This document shows, piece by piece, positions 47,601 through 57,600 of a stretch of 64,000 bases of DNA (position 1 is the first letter of the stretch; every line of letters starts with the position of its first letter). Source of the stretch: a virus; the IMG/VR virus record IMGVR_UViG_3300043464_002317, positions 1 to 64,000 of that record; one strand, 5' to 3'. A program made the translations under genes and the position numbers. The notes beneath the pieces are model-generated. The model was not told where the DNA came from. It worked only from the letters and a program-made list of their open reading frames with translations, and ran no database searches.

Positions 47601-48968
47601 TACGATAATTTTTTACAAGCTATTAATCTTGATAGATTAAAAAACGGAGGAGGAATAGATTTAAACGAACAATTTATAGTAGGAAACTATCAAGGAGGAG
47701 GTATAAATTTAGACCCATCTAAAAAAGGTACTTTTAAAGTGCAAGCTACGAGAATGGGAGTATCTGTTCAAGAAGCAGCCAATAAAATTTTATCTGCGCC
47801 AGAAGGTGAATATTCTCCAGAAATGAGACGTAAAGCTAATTTTGCTCGTAATTTTGCAAAACAAGATGGAGGCGTGATGGACGATATGGTATATATTAAC
47901 GGAGCTTGGTATGATAAAACTACAATGCAAAACGGAGGTAATAAACAACCAGCCTATTCTTGGAGTACACAACAAGCACCATCCCAAGCAAACACAAGTA
48001 TACGAATCCCTACAACTTCAAAAAACAGAGGAATCATCGCAAGACCGCTAGCAGATTTTAATAAAGAATTAGAAGAAAAAAGACAAAAAAATATTAAATT
48101 AGAACAAGAAAGAAAAGCAGCTATAAATAGAGCTAATTTAGCTCAAAGCACACAAGGATTTCCTACAACACCAGAAGAATTAGCTGCTCAAGTAGCAGTA
48201 GAAGAAAAATTTACTATACCTTATACGTCTCCGCTTGCACCTTTAAATTATTTTAATGTTTTTAAAGGGATTGGTAGTATGTCTAATGAGTTAGCATATG
48301 CCCCATTAAATGTTAAAAGAGGTGAATATTTAAAAGCTGCTACAGCTGTAGCGCAACCACTATTATTAGGACATATTGCAGGAGCACATGGAAATATAGC
48401 GGCTAATTTAGTAAATCCTGTTGCAGGTGTAAAAAATGCTGTTACATCGCTTGCAAAAGGAGAAATAATGCCAGCAGCACAAGTTGCAGCTAAAAATTTT
48501 CTTAAAAAGTATTCTTCAGAAAATCCAGATTTAATTGATTTACCGTATGCAATAGATAAAAGATTCGTAACCACCAAAGAAGTTACACCAACAGCACAAC
48601 AACCACTTGTAGGTCAAAACGGAGGTCTTACGCCTAAAAAAGCCAGAGAAATTTTGCATGATGGCACAGTACATGGAAAACCAATAACTGAGCAACAACG
48701 CAAATATTTTGGCTATATTTCGTCTAAAAAACAAGACGGTGGAGCTGTAACTATGACGGGTTACAGACAAGATTCTCCAGATGTAAATAACGCATTTAAC
48801 TATATACCAAGCAAGAATATTTCTATGGGTAACGTAGTTGGCGATGTAAATGCCGTGGATAGATTTGGGAATGTAACTACTATGAAACCTAACGAAAACT
48901 ATGTTTTTCCTAACGGAGGAGTATTAGAATATAGACCTAAAAAAGGAAGAGTAAAATTCTCTATGTAA
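44622..48968 (+). CDS. modular cargo protein of [QK]xGG-delimited modules (beta-strand-rich, SLT-like and small basic domains)
   Basis: More than a dozen QNGG/KNGG/QSGG/QQGG/QDGG junctions separate unrelated segments. Confidence 0.75.
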   Translation: MKNNKLIRFSLEQNGGSAPKLMQEGRFSNYNWKENREYKKNPANLNSRGGLDVGVSKNLPLGFRSSAGVEFDEGKVNYRGGLGYNNKGLDINTNYNSSGKLNASVNYDSPVGLKAGFRYSDNKGEKTYSGNLGYSGEKIPIGLNTGYTHTSEGHNANADLNFNTKNINGNFGYEYNQEGNKNSFNAGVNIPFANKKGNIGINSKYNIGDKQPSVNIGTTFKFKNGGDVSDKKDTLSKLKKALSLRENLGNLDTEQGYNTPLKQVLRTAIGLEGKDYSNKPMSSIAREQDAFRMYLGLPSRTGAFEQTGSNKYRIRDYGQLYPETMPSDEAVLYSNKINKAVEMDKSPVDLNKLVELTPYADILMGTHNVVKDKDAKGEYLKYYDRFDFDPTRYANQFIDRNVNPTIGKYLKKATPVLDELESLIFNPFELEDKVYYNPKTKLRSDIILQQNRQRVVPGQPIAIPADFQSGGEMIKRNLWDNIGSTFKFQNAGQKNSTYTWSTQEASKPKGTDVKAPNDTNITKTDVLTDKAQLDEYRDFLKSKYKKQDEEYNNLPLVKMQSLYSDKIENFSPETRFGEIPENPTTVNLTQGRFNTAKVPTYVIDQAIESAKRNNRPVGELLALIGRESTFGQQKSDMRGTANKKDLISGWNLAEKYEPYDYMRFLADKGVEGIIAEKDRLRTYYDFDPNGGREQVFDYVNRNPKLLEEYKKKLESQPQIGNQDYFDLAYEFLKDKGIKKYNPGDPKYESMYNEDFQTLEKEPALQEYLKSKGVSFSNTKYQQGGNININSLQMQNNNKLQTPSEAVYSALSNSYNINTDMGLPELTTLEQFKNGGYKVIRTNERKGKTHKVIAPDGKVQYFGDAKLGQHPRDPERKKAFYARHKKNLEKNPLFRAFARETWQDGGELNKLGVENSLWNNIRENRGSGRKPTKEMLEQEKKIKAKEMQSGGSVQDKEMVDGIANILSQIKDKSNRKQVAKNMIKDFNNENVNFNYDNFLQAINLDRLKNGGGIDLNEQFIVGNYQGGGINLDPSKKGTFKVQATRMGVSVQEAANKILSAPEGEYSPEMRRKANFARNFAKQDGGVMDDMVYINGAWYDKTTMQNGGNKQPAYSWSTQQAPSQANTSIRIPTTSKNRGIIARPLADFNKELEEKRQKNIKLEQERKAAINRANLAQSTQGFPTTPEELAAQVAVEEKFTIPYTSPLAPLNYFNVFKGIGSMSNELAYAPLNVKRGEYLKAATAVAQPLLLGHIAGAHGNIAANLVNPVAGVKNAVTSLAKGEIMPAAQVAAKNFLKKYSSENPDLIDLPYAIDKRFVTTKEVTPTAQQPLVGQNGGLTPKKAREILHDGTVHGKPITEQQRKYFGYISSKKQDGGAVTMTGYRQDSPDVNNAFNYIPSKNISMGNVVGDVNAVDRFGNVTTMKPNENYVFPNGGVLEYRPKKGRVKFSM

Positions 48969-49019
48969 ACAAATATTGTTATAAATTATGAAGTTCATAA
49001 CTTTTTTTGTATTTTTGTC
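48965..49019 (+). promoter_or_regulatory. palindrome-associated late promoter (cargo operon)
   Basis: GTAAAC-N7-GTTATA, then TATTTTTG 32 nt after GTTA. Confidence 0.6.
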
Positions 49020-49037
49020 ACCTCTCATTATAACATC

Positions 49038-52000
49038 ATGAAAATCAAACGCAAAGTAAAATCTAAATTACCTAAGTATCAAAATAATCTTACAGATAAT
49101 ACTAATTTGTCAGGACAATCTCAAACAATAGATTTAAATCCAAACAATAGTGCTTTAGGTAATAATATGAGTTTAAGACAACAAGAAAATATTTCTACTC
49201 TTTCGCCTTTAACAACTCAAAGTTTATCACAAGCTAATCAATATACTCAACAACCTAACTTAGTTAAACAGCCCCAGCCTGCCATGGCTGGAACTACTAA
49301 AAAAGAACCTCAAGTATTACCTATTTGGATGGATAGCCCATTTGGAACAAACGAAGGTTTTACGTATGCTGGGAGAGGATTTGGAGCACTTAAACCTATT
49401 TCTAAAAATGAAAATTTAACACCAGAACAAAAGAAAGATTATAAAGCATTAGCAATAACAGAAGGAATTTCTGGGACTCTTGCAGGAGGGTTCGGAATGG
49501 CACGAGATTTTATGAGTGGTTTTTCTTCTAAAAGAGAAAATCAATTTCTTTCGCAAGAAGCTGTTGAAAATCAATTACGAGCAAATAGGCAATATAACAG
49601 AGGAGAACAAGATATAAATGCAAATAGAGGTTATGTTAATTCACAAAATGGTGGTATATTTCAAGCAGGAGGTGAAGTACCAATAGAAGAAATGTTAAGT
49701 GACAGAAGCGTTAAAGGATTACCAGAAGAAATGGAAGGTGTCGCTAATGCGGAACTTGAATCTAAAGAATTTTTAATATCTCAAGGAGATATAAGCCGAG
49801 TGGAAGGAAAACGTCATTCAGAAGGAGGAGAGAAATTTGCTCTGAAAGGAGGTGATAAAATAATATCTGATAATATTCTTATAGGAAAACAACTTGATAA
49901 GTTTTTTGATGATATGGGATTAAATACAAACCCTAAAAACTCTTTTGCTACAGTAATGGAAAAATTCCGTAAAAAAATCGGAATGACTGAACTTCAAAAA
50001 GAGCAAGAAGTATATTTCAAAAAACTTGAAAAAAATACTAAGCTACCTGATTCCGAAACAAAAACTAAAAATGAAGAGTTTATATCTTCTCAAATTAATG
50101 AGATAGAAGAACAAAAAGAAGATTTAAAAGCATTAGAATCATTTTTTGCAGATGTAGTTTATAATAAACAAGAAGATAGAAAAAAAGAAGGAGGCAATAT
50201 CTATAAAAATAAAGTAATTGACCAACCAATGCCAGAAGACGATTCTTATAATGGAGAAGTAATCATGGCTGCAAATGGAACTAAAATTCCTGTATATTTA
50301 GAAGATGGAGGTATTTTTGTAGATTCAGCAGATGATAATATAGCTCTTAAAAATTGGGCTAAAAATAAAGGCTTTACTACAGAAGAGCAAATGTATGATT
50401 ATCTTAGTCGTAAACAACAAGGTGGCGAACAAGAAAATCAATTAATGCAAGAAATTGCTTCAGCTCTTCAACAAGGTGCATCTCCAGAAGAAATTGTACA
50501 AGCTTTAGTTCAACAAGGAGCTTCAGAAGAACAAGCAGCAGCAATGATAGAACAAGTGACCATGCAAATGCAACAGCAACCTATGATGCAACAAGGGGGC
50601 GAGCAAGAAAATCAATTAATGCAAGAAATAGCCTCAGCTCTTCAACAAGGCGCATCACCAGAAGAAGTAGTGAGTGCTCTAATACAACAAGGAGCTTCAG
50701 AAGAACAAGCAATGGCAATAGTTGAGCAAGTAACTGCTCAAATGCAACAGCAACCTATGATGCAACAAGGTGGTGAACAAGATGTTATGACATACATATC
50801 AGACTCATTGCAACAAGGAGTAGACCCACAAGAAATTATGACTTCATTAGTTGAACAAGGGTTACAAGAAGAAGAGGTTACAGCAGCTATTCAACAAGTT
50901 ATGGCACAAATGCAACAACCTAATGAACAAATGATGCGTAACGGAGGAATGAAACTACCTATGTATGATAACGGGGGAGGAAAAGATACACCCCCTTACG
51001 ATGAAAAAGACGCTTATACTGAAGAAGGTGTTGCAAGACTAAACAGGTTTCTTAAAGAATATAATCTAAAAGAATTACCTAAAACAGCTACAAAATCAGA
51101 AGTAAAGGATGCAGCAAGTGCAATGCAAAAAAAAGCTCTACAAATAAATCCTGAACTAGTTACTCACTACCTATTAAATCAATCTCATCAGGCTGCTAAT
51201 AAATTTACATCTGTCTTAGATAAAAAGTATGGTTCAGCTGCCGATTATAAAAAAGATTGGACACAAGCTGAAAAACAAGCTTACGCAAGAGAAAAATATA
51301 AAACTGGAGATTTAAAATTTGATGAATTAGGAGATGCTTTTAATGATGCCTTATGGTGGTATCGTTCAGTATCTAATGATGTAAAAGCAGTGCCAAGACC
51401 AGAATATGAAAAATTTCTAAAAGATAATGCAGATAAACTTATAAAGCAAGCAGATGCAAGTGGTAATCCTTTGTACTATCTTTATAAAGGAGATGGTCAA
51501 TACGAAGCTTTAACACCATACGATGTAGAAACAACAAAAAAAGAAAAAGAGAAAATAGAGCAAGGAAAACAAGGCGACATGAAATCTTTTCAAGCAGCGG
51601 CTCAACAAAGAGCCGCAGGTTTTACACCAATTACGCCAAGATATAGAGAAATGCCAACTTCTATGCTACTACCTGGATATTTTCAAGAAACTCCAGAAGA
51701 TGTTGTAGCTCCAAAAGTATCACCTACAGAACAAATAGCTGCAATCACTGGAAGCGCAAGAAATGTTGCTGGACTTATGTCTGGAACTTCTGGTGCAGAA
51801 AAAATGGCTAATTTAGCATATCTACAAGCACAAGAAGCTGAACAAATTGATAAAGCTATTTCTGGAACTAATAGAGCTAACTTAGAATCTGAATTTAGCG
51901 CAAGACAAGCAAATAGAGCTAACAGACAAGGAGTTCAAACAAAAAATATCTCTTATGCAATACCTTACGTAGATAAAGCTAATCTTGCACAAATAAATAC

Positions 52001-52232
52001 CGAACAAGAATGGCAAAAATACTTTGCAGAAATGAGTGGGGACAGATTAAACAATATTAGAGAACAAAGAGCTTTACAAACTTACGCAAGCATGACACCT
52101 AATTATAGATATGATGCTGCAACAGGAATTACTTATGGAGCTGATGGAAAGCCTATAATTAATGAACAATTAGACCCAATAGCAATGGCAATTCTTGCTC
52201 AACAGCAACAACAAAATACTCCGAGAAAATAA
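49038..52232 (+). CDS. virion cargo protein with xxGG motifs and Q-rich repeats
   Basis: ANAELE...GKRHSEGG...IISD core and three Q/M-rich helical repeats. Confidence 0.7.
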   Translation: MKIKRKVKSKLPKYQNNLTDNTNLSGQSQTIDLNPNNSALGNNMSLRQQENISTLSPLTTQSLSQANQYTQQPNLVKQPQPAMAGTTKKEPQVLPIWMDSPFGTNEGFTYAGRGFGALKPISKNENLTPEQKKDYKALAITEGISGTLAGGFGMARDFMSGFSSKRENQFLSQEAVENQLRANRQYNRGEQDINANRGYVNSQNGGIFQAGGEVPIEEMLSDRSVKGLPEEMEGVANAELESKEFLISQGDISRVEGKRHSEGGEKFALKGGDKIISDNILIGKQLDKFFDDMGLNTNPKNSFATVMEKFRKKIGMTELQKEQEVYFKKLEKNTKLPDSETKTKNEEFISSQINEIEEQKEDLKALESFFADVVYNKQEDRKKEGGNIYKNKVIDQPMPEDDSYNGEVIMAANGTKIPVYLEDGGIFVDSADDNIALKNWAKNKGFTTEEQMYDYLSRKQQGGEQENQLMQEIASALQQGASPEEIVQALVQQGASEEQAAAMIEQVTMQMQQQPMMQQGGEQENQLMQEIASALQQGASPEEVVSALIQQGASEEQAMAIVEQVTAQMQQQPMMQQGGEQDVMTYISDSLQQGVDPQEIMTSLVEQGLQEEEVTAAIQQVMAQMQQPNEQMMRNGGMKLPMYDNGGGKDTPPYDEKDAYTEEGVARLNRFLKEYNLKELPKTATKSEVKDAASAMQKKALQINPELVTHYLLNQSHQAANKFTSVLDKKYGSAADYKKDWTQAEKQAYAREKYKTGDLKFDELGDAFNDALWWYRSVSNDVKAVPRPEYEKFLKDNADKLIKQADASGNPLYYLYKGDGQYEALTPYDVETTKKEKEKIEQGKQGDMKSFQAAAQQRAAGFTPITPRYREMPTSMLLPGYFQETPEDVVAPKVSPTEQIAAITGSARNVAGLMSGTSGAEKMANLAYLQAQEAEQIDKAISGTNRANLESEFSARQANRANRQGVQTKNISYAIPYVDKANLAQINTEQEWQKYFAEMSGDRLNNIREQRALQTYASMTPNYRYDAATGITYGADGKPIINEQLDPIAMAILAQQQQQNTPRK
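50415..50930 (+). repeat. 174-bp (58 aa) coding tandem repeat x3
   Basis: QQGGEQENQLMQEIASALQQGASPEE... with GG codons at 50421, 50595 and 50769. Confidence 0.9.
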
Positions 52233-54661
52233 TGGCTACATTTAACTCACAACCATACCAGTATGGAGAATATATTTCTCAATACCCTGTAGAATTAATT
52301 GGTAAATCTCTTTTGTACAAACAAGAGAAATACGATGTTAATAGACAAAAACTTCAGGATTTTTACAATAGAATGAATATGACTGACTTCTATAAAAAAG
52401 AAGACAGAGAATATTTTCAACAAAGATTAAGTGTATTATCAGAAGAAGTAAATAAAGCAGGAGCAGGTGATTTATCTATTGCAGCAAATTTAGATGGGGT
52501 AACTGGACATCTTTCTCAAGCGACAGATGAAAGAGTTATAAACGGTTATTTAGGTACACAACAGATTCGTCAATACCAACAAGAGTTTGAAAAACTAAGA
52601 GAAAAAGACCCTAAAAACTACAACGATTTAAATTATCAATACGGCTTAGTAAATGCACAAAAATGGGCTCAAGATGGAAAATCTGGTACAAGATTAGATT
52701 CTTACAAAGATTCAAGAATCGGAGCTGGAATAGGTAGAGTTACTCCATACAGAGATACAATGAAAGAATTACAGGAGGCAGCTGAAAAAATATCTCCAGA
52801 TATAAAAGTAGTTCAAACAGAACAAGGACTTCAATTTATAGATATTTACAATAAAACTGTAAGTGATTCGAGACTAAGAAATCTTGTAGAAATGAAAATG
52901 CAAGATTCTGGATTTTCAGAGCAAATGAATGTAAATGCTTGGGGTCAATACCGAGGCATGGATGACGGTACTTTTAAAAGTTATGCCAAGATAAATCTTG
53001 AAACGCAAAAAACACAATTACAAGACCAACTAAGTACATTGCAAACAGAAGCTACTAAATTAACAGGAGCTGAAAAACAGAAAAAAGATGCTGAAATAAA
53101 TATGGTTTCAGCAAATATGAATGCTATACAGAATAGAATGGTTAACTTAGATGTCGATTTAGATAAAGAACGAGCTCTTTTGGAAAGAAATATGCATGCT
53201 CAAGAATTAACTAACAATTTTGTAGATACCTACGGCTATTCTCAAGTAACAGATATTAAGTATCATACTAATGAGGCTAAAAAGTTGCTTTTTGACCACA
53301 ATCTTCAAACGGAAAGAATGAAGCTTAAAAATCAATATGATAAGGCAGCAGCAAAACAAAAAGAATCTGATGATTTATTAAAATTAGCTTATGCAAATGC
53401 AACAAAAGACCCAGAATTAGCACAATTATATAATCAAAGATTTAAAGGACTAACAGGTACTGAAGGACAACCTTCTCCTTTTGATAGAGATATAGCTGCT
53501 ACAGTTAAAAAAGAAACAGCAACAGCACAGATAGAACAATCAGTAAATAAAGCTCAACTGTTTAATCAAAACATAGACAATATAAGAGCAGCTAAAGAAG
53601 CTACAGGTATAGGCACTATTGACAGAGCAAATGAAATAATAAACGAATATACAGCTACTAAAAAATCAGGAAAAACAATACCTCAAGAATTAGCTAATAA
53701 TTATAAATTAGCTTTAAATTTTCAAACTAATAATGATGCTGAATTAATATCATTAGAAAGAAAAAAACAAGCAGAAGACGCATATGTAAATAAATGGATA
53801 AACGGTAAATTTGGTAAGGTTAATTTGAATTTTTCAAATAAAATAGAAAAAGAAAATGGAAAATTTATACTAACCACTAAGACAACTGAAGGATATGATG
53901 CAGCGACTGGAGTAGGTGAATTAAAAGAAACAAAAAGAGAATTAAGTAGAGGAGAATTTGCAAAATTAATAAGAGACGAAGTAAACAAACCTAACTCTAC
54001 ATTCAGAGAGGATTTTAATGGCTTTTTATCCGCACCTGCAAACAGAAATATATTACCTGCCCAAACATTTCAAACAAAAGTAGTCATCGGAGATGATATT
54101 AGTAGTGGGGATAAAGCTATCTTAAATGAAGCAGAAGCTTTAGGTTTTAAACCCTCAAAAGAAGACGATGGCAAATTAAAAGGAACAGTAGATGTACAAA
54201 TAAATGCTCAAGGTATAACTTTTATTCCATCAGACGACCCTAAAAATAGTAAAACTATTTCAGCTGAAAAAATAAATTCTCAATATCCGCAGTTAAGTGC
54301 AGTATACGGAGCAAATTTACAAAATCAACAACCAGAAGCATCAAAAATAGTTGTACAAGATTATTTTAATAGAGCTAAAAAAAGTGGAATTGGACATACT
54401 TATCAAATTCCTGATGCCTACACATTAAATGATGGTTCATCTATAGAAGGAGCATTTAGAATTGAAACTGGGGCTTCAGAGCAAGAAAACAAAATTTATT
54501 TTGATATTAATAGAACATATAAAGATAATACCCAAAAAGATATAATTATACCACCATTAACACAAGGAAATTTATCTGAAGTAGATTTCTTTAATCAAGC
54601 CAATTTATATTTTTTACAAAATATCAGTAAATACCCATTAAAAAATCCAATCAATCTTTAA
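52232..54661 (+). CDS. virion cargo (ejected) protein
   Basis: 809 aa, helical; position in the crAss-like cargo block. Confidence 0.65.
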   Translation: MATFNSQPYQYGEYISQYPVELIGKSLLYKQEKYDVNRQKLQDFYNRMNMTDFYKKEDREYFQQRLSVLSEEVNKAGAGDLSIAANLDGVTGHLSQATDERVINGYLGTQQIRQYQQEFEKLREKDPKNYNDLNYQYGLVNAQKWAQDGKSGTRLDSYKDSRIGAGIGRVTPYRDTMKELQEAAEKISPDIKVVQTEQGLQFIDIYNKTVSDSRLRNLVEMKMQDSGFSEQMNVNAWGQYRGMDDGTFKSYAKINLETQKTQLQDQLSTLQTEATKLTGAEKQKKDAEINMVSANMNAIQNRMVNLDVDLDKERALLERNMHAQELTNNFVDTYGYSQVTDIKYHTNEAKKLLFDHNLQTERMKLKNQYDKAAAKQKESDDLLKLAYANATKDPELAQLYNQRFKGLTGTEGQPSPFDRDIAATVKKETATAQIEQSVNKAQLFNQNIDNIRAAKEATGIGTIDRANEIINEYTATKKSGKTIPQELANNYKLALNFQTNNDAELISLERKKQAEDAYVNKWINGKFGKVNLNFSNKIEKENGKFILTTKTTEGYDAATGVGELKETKRELSRGEFAKLIRDEVNKPNSTFREDFNGFLSAPANRNILPAQTFQTKVVIGDDISSGDKAILNEAEALGFKPSKEDDGKLKGTVDVQINAQGITFIPSDDPKNSKTISAEKINSQYPQLSAVYGANLQNQQPEASKIVVQDYFNRAKKSGIGHTYQIPDAYTLNDGSSIEGAFRIETGASEQENKIYFDINRTYKDNTQKDIIIPPLTQGNLSEVDFFNQANLYFLQNISKYPLKNPINL

Positions 54662-57600
54662 TGAATACACCAGAATATTACGCTAAATTTGCAGCACCAA
54701 GCTCATTTGAAGGTAGTTATGTAGCCCCTCAGAAATCTTTTGATTTTGATGCTGTATATAACTATGCAGGTAAAAATTTAGGTTATATAACAAGGTATCC
54801 TGAATTAAGTCCTTATGGGGATTCAGAACAAATTCAAGCTGAAAAACAATCTGGATGGGATAAAGCATTAAATTCTGGTTTACAATTAGGAGCTTTAGCA
54901 ACTAATACGTTTGCAAATCATTTTTACAGTTATGGAAGACAAGCATCAGCCTTAACAAATCAAGATTGGAGTAAGCTATGGCAAGATGATTTTGGGCAAG
55001 AAAGTGCTCAAATGATACAAGGTGTCAGTGATTTATACCCTATATACGAAACAGAAGAACAACAAAGATTAAGAGATGAAGAAGGAGGTTTATCAACTTC
55101 ATTAAAACAATTTGTTCCGTTTACTGGTCGTGCTGGAAATGCTTGGGCAAATTTAGCAGGGCAATTAGGTTTTATGGCTGGTACAGCAGGAGCAGTAGCC
55201 TTAGAATCCGCAGGATTAGCTGCACTAACAGCTGCAACAGAAGGAGTAGCAGCTCCCCTAGCTTTGACTAAAACTGTTTCAAATGCAAAGCTATTAAAAT
55301 CAATGTACACCTTATATAAAAATGCACGTACAGGACTAACAGGTGTAAAAAATGCAGCACAATCAGCAGGATTAATAGGTAATATTGTAAAAAGCCCAGT
55401 ATTTACAACATATCGAATGTTAACAGCAGCTCAAGGTGAAGCGGCTATTGAGGCTAATATAAATGCATTAGAATACAAAAATAAACAGCTTGAAAAATAT
55501 GGAGTAAATGTTACTCCAGAACAAATGCAAGAAATAGATACAAGAGCAACAGAATTAGGTAATACAGTATTTAATTGGAATGCACCTGTTTTAATGCTTG
55601 GAAATGCAATGACTATTGGAAGTCTTTTCAGAGTTGGAAATTTAGGTAAATCAGCTACAAGTCAGCTAATCAAAGAAGAAGCAACAGGAGTAATAAAAAA
55701 GAAATTTGGAGAATTAACAACTAAAGAAGCTTTAAACCCTTTTATTAAAAAAACATGGGAATTTTCTAAAAAAGGAGGTAAATTTGTAGTTAATGAAAAT
55801 TTATATGAAGGTGTAGAAGAAGTTCTCCAAGGTATTGGAGGTAGAGCTGCTCAACATATGTACGAGACATATGATTCTGAAGGGGGTAAAGGTTTGGATG
55901 CATTTTTAACTGCGTTAGGAGAAGAAACTTCAAATACATTTAGTACAAGAGAAGGTTGGGATGAATTTGTATCTGGAGCTCTTACTGGTTATGGCATAAA
56001 AGGTATTACTTCTGTATACAATAGAGCAACAGGAGCAACAGCTAAAGAACAAGCAATACGAGACTTTACTCAAAAAGGGGTTGAACAAGATATTCAATCA
56101 GTAAATAATTATATGAAGTCTGTTTTAACTAATACAGACCCAAACACTAATTATGTAAAAAATCAAGTTGCTTCTATAGAACAACAAGAAACAGCAATAG
56201 CTGATGGTAATGTTAAAGTTGCAAAAGATGCGCAAGGTCAAACTAAAATAGGTTTATTTTCAAAGTTGCAAAAATACGGTACATCTGTATCAGACGATAT
56301 TTTTGATTTGTGGGGAGAAACCATGAAAGAAATGCAAAAAACCAACGAAACAGATTTCCGTCAAATGATGGGAGACAGAAACGTTGAAGAAGTTGTATCT
56401 AAATTAAAACAAGAAAATAAACAATTTAACGATGTTTATAATACCATAGATAAAAACGCAAAAAATCCGTATAACCAAAAAACAGACTCTAAAAATTATC
56501 AGCTTTATGAGCAAGCAAAACTTTTTGCTGCTGGAATGGAATACAATGCAAGAGACAGTAAAGAACGAGGTCAGGCAATTGTAAAAGATTTAACAACTAA
56601 TTTTGGTATAGATGAAACTTTAATTGCTTCCATGTTTGATGGAACAACTTTAAGGGATAATCTTACAACAGCTAAAAAACTTTTTAAATTACAAGAAGAA
56701 GCATTAAAAAATGCTGCAACCCCAGAAGAAAGGGAAGCTTTAGAACAAGAGCTTCTTAAATCAAAAGAAAAAGTAGAACTTCTTCAAGCAATAGAGACTG
56801 GAGCTTTTGATGAAAAAGGTAATCCTGTTTACGGAGAGAAAAATCCAGAAGAAACAGCAGCTATGTTTATTAAAGCTTATTACAGAGATAAGTCAGCTTT
56901 AGTACCAGACGAACTTAAAAAGAATATAGAAGATTTAATAACTTTAGAAACAGAATCTGAAGGCTATTTAGCAGCTTATAACTTTCTTTCAAACAAAGAT
57001 TATCTTGAAAAATTTGCCGAATCTTATTTAAATGAAGCAAATAAAAAAATAGCTCAATCTGAAAAAAACATAAGCAGAAATCAAAAAGCGGCTTCAAAAC
57101 CTATTATAACCCCAGAGGAAAAATACGATGATAATCAAGTTGATGAAGCTTTAACAGGAACTACAGCAAAGGCAAGCATAACAGATTTTTTAGAAGAGGT
57201 TCGTTCAAAAAAACAATCAGACGGAACATACCTACATAATGGTAAAAAATATAACACTGCAAAAGAATTAGCAGAAGACTTAAAAAAAGAAACTGAAGGT
57301 TTTGAAGATTTACTTGACCAAACAAATGATAAAGGTGAATCAATAGATTCTATCTTAGAAAAAGCTCTTAATAATTTAGAAGAAGAGTTAACAGAACCAG
57401 GAGATGCGGTAAGAAAAACAGAAGGGCAACCAAAGCAAGTTATCCAACCAAAAACTAAAACACAATCAGAAGCCGAAATTAAAAAAGGTTTTTGGCAAAA
57501 ATCTTCTCCATATAACACAAAAGTACATAGCTTTGATTTAGTTATCTCGTTTCTATTTCCTAAAGATTTAAGTTATCTTTTTGATAGTCTTGTTAAGGCA

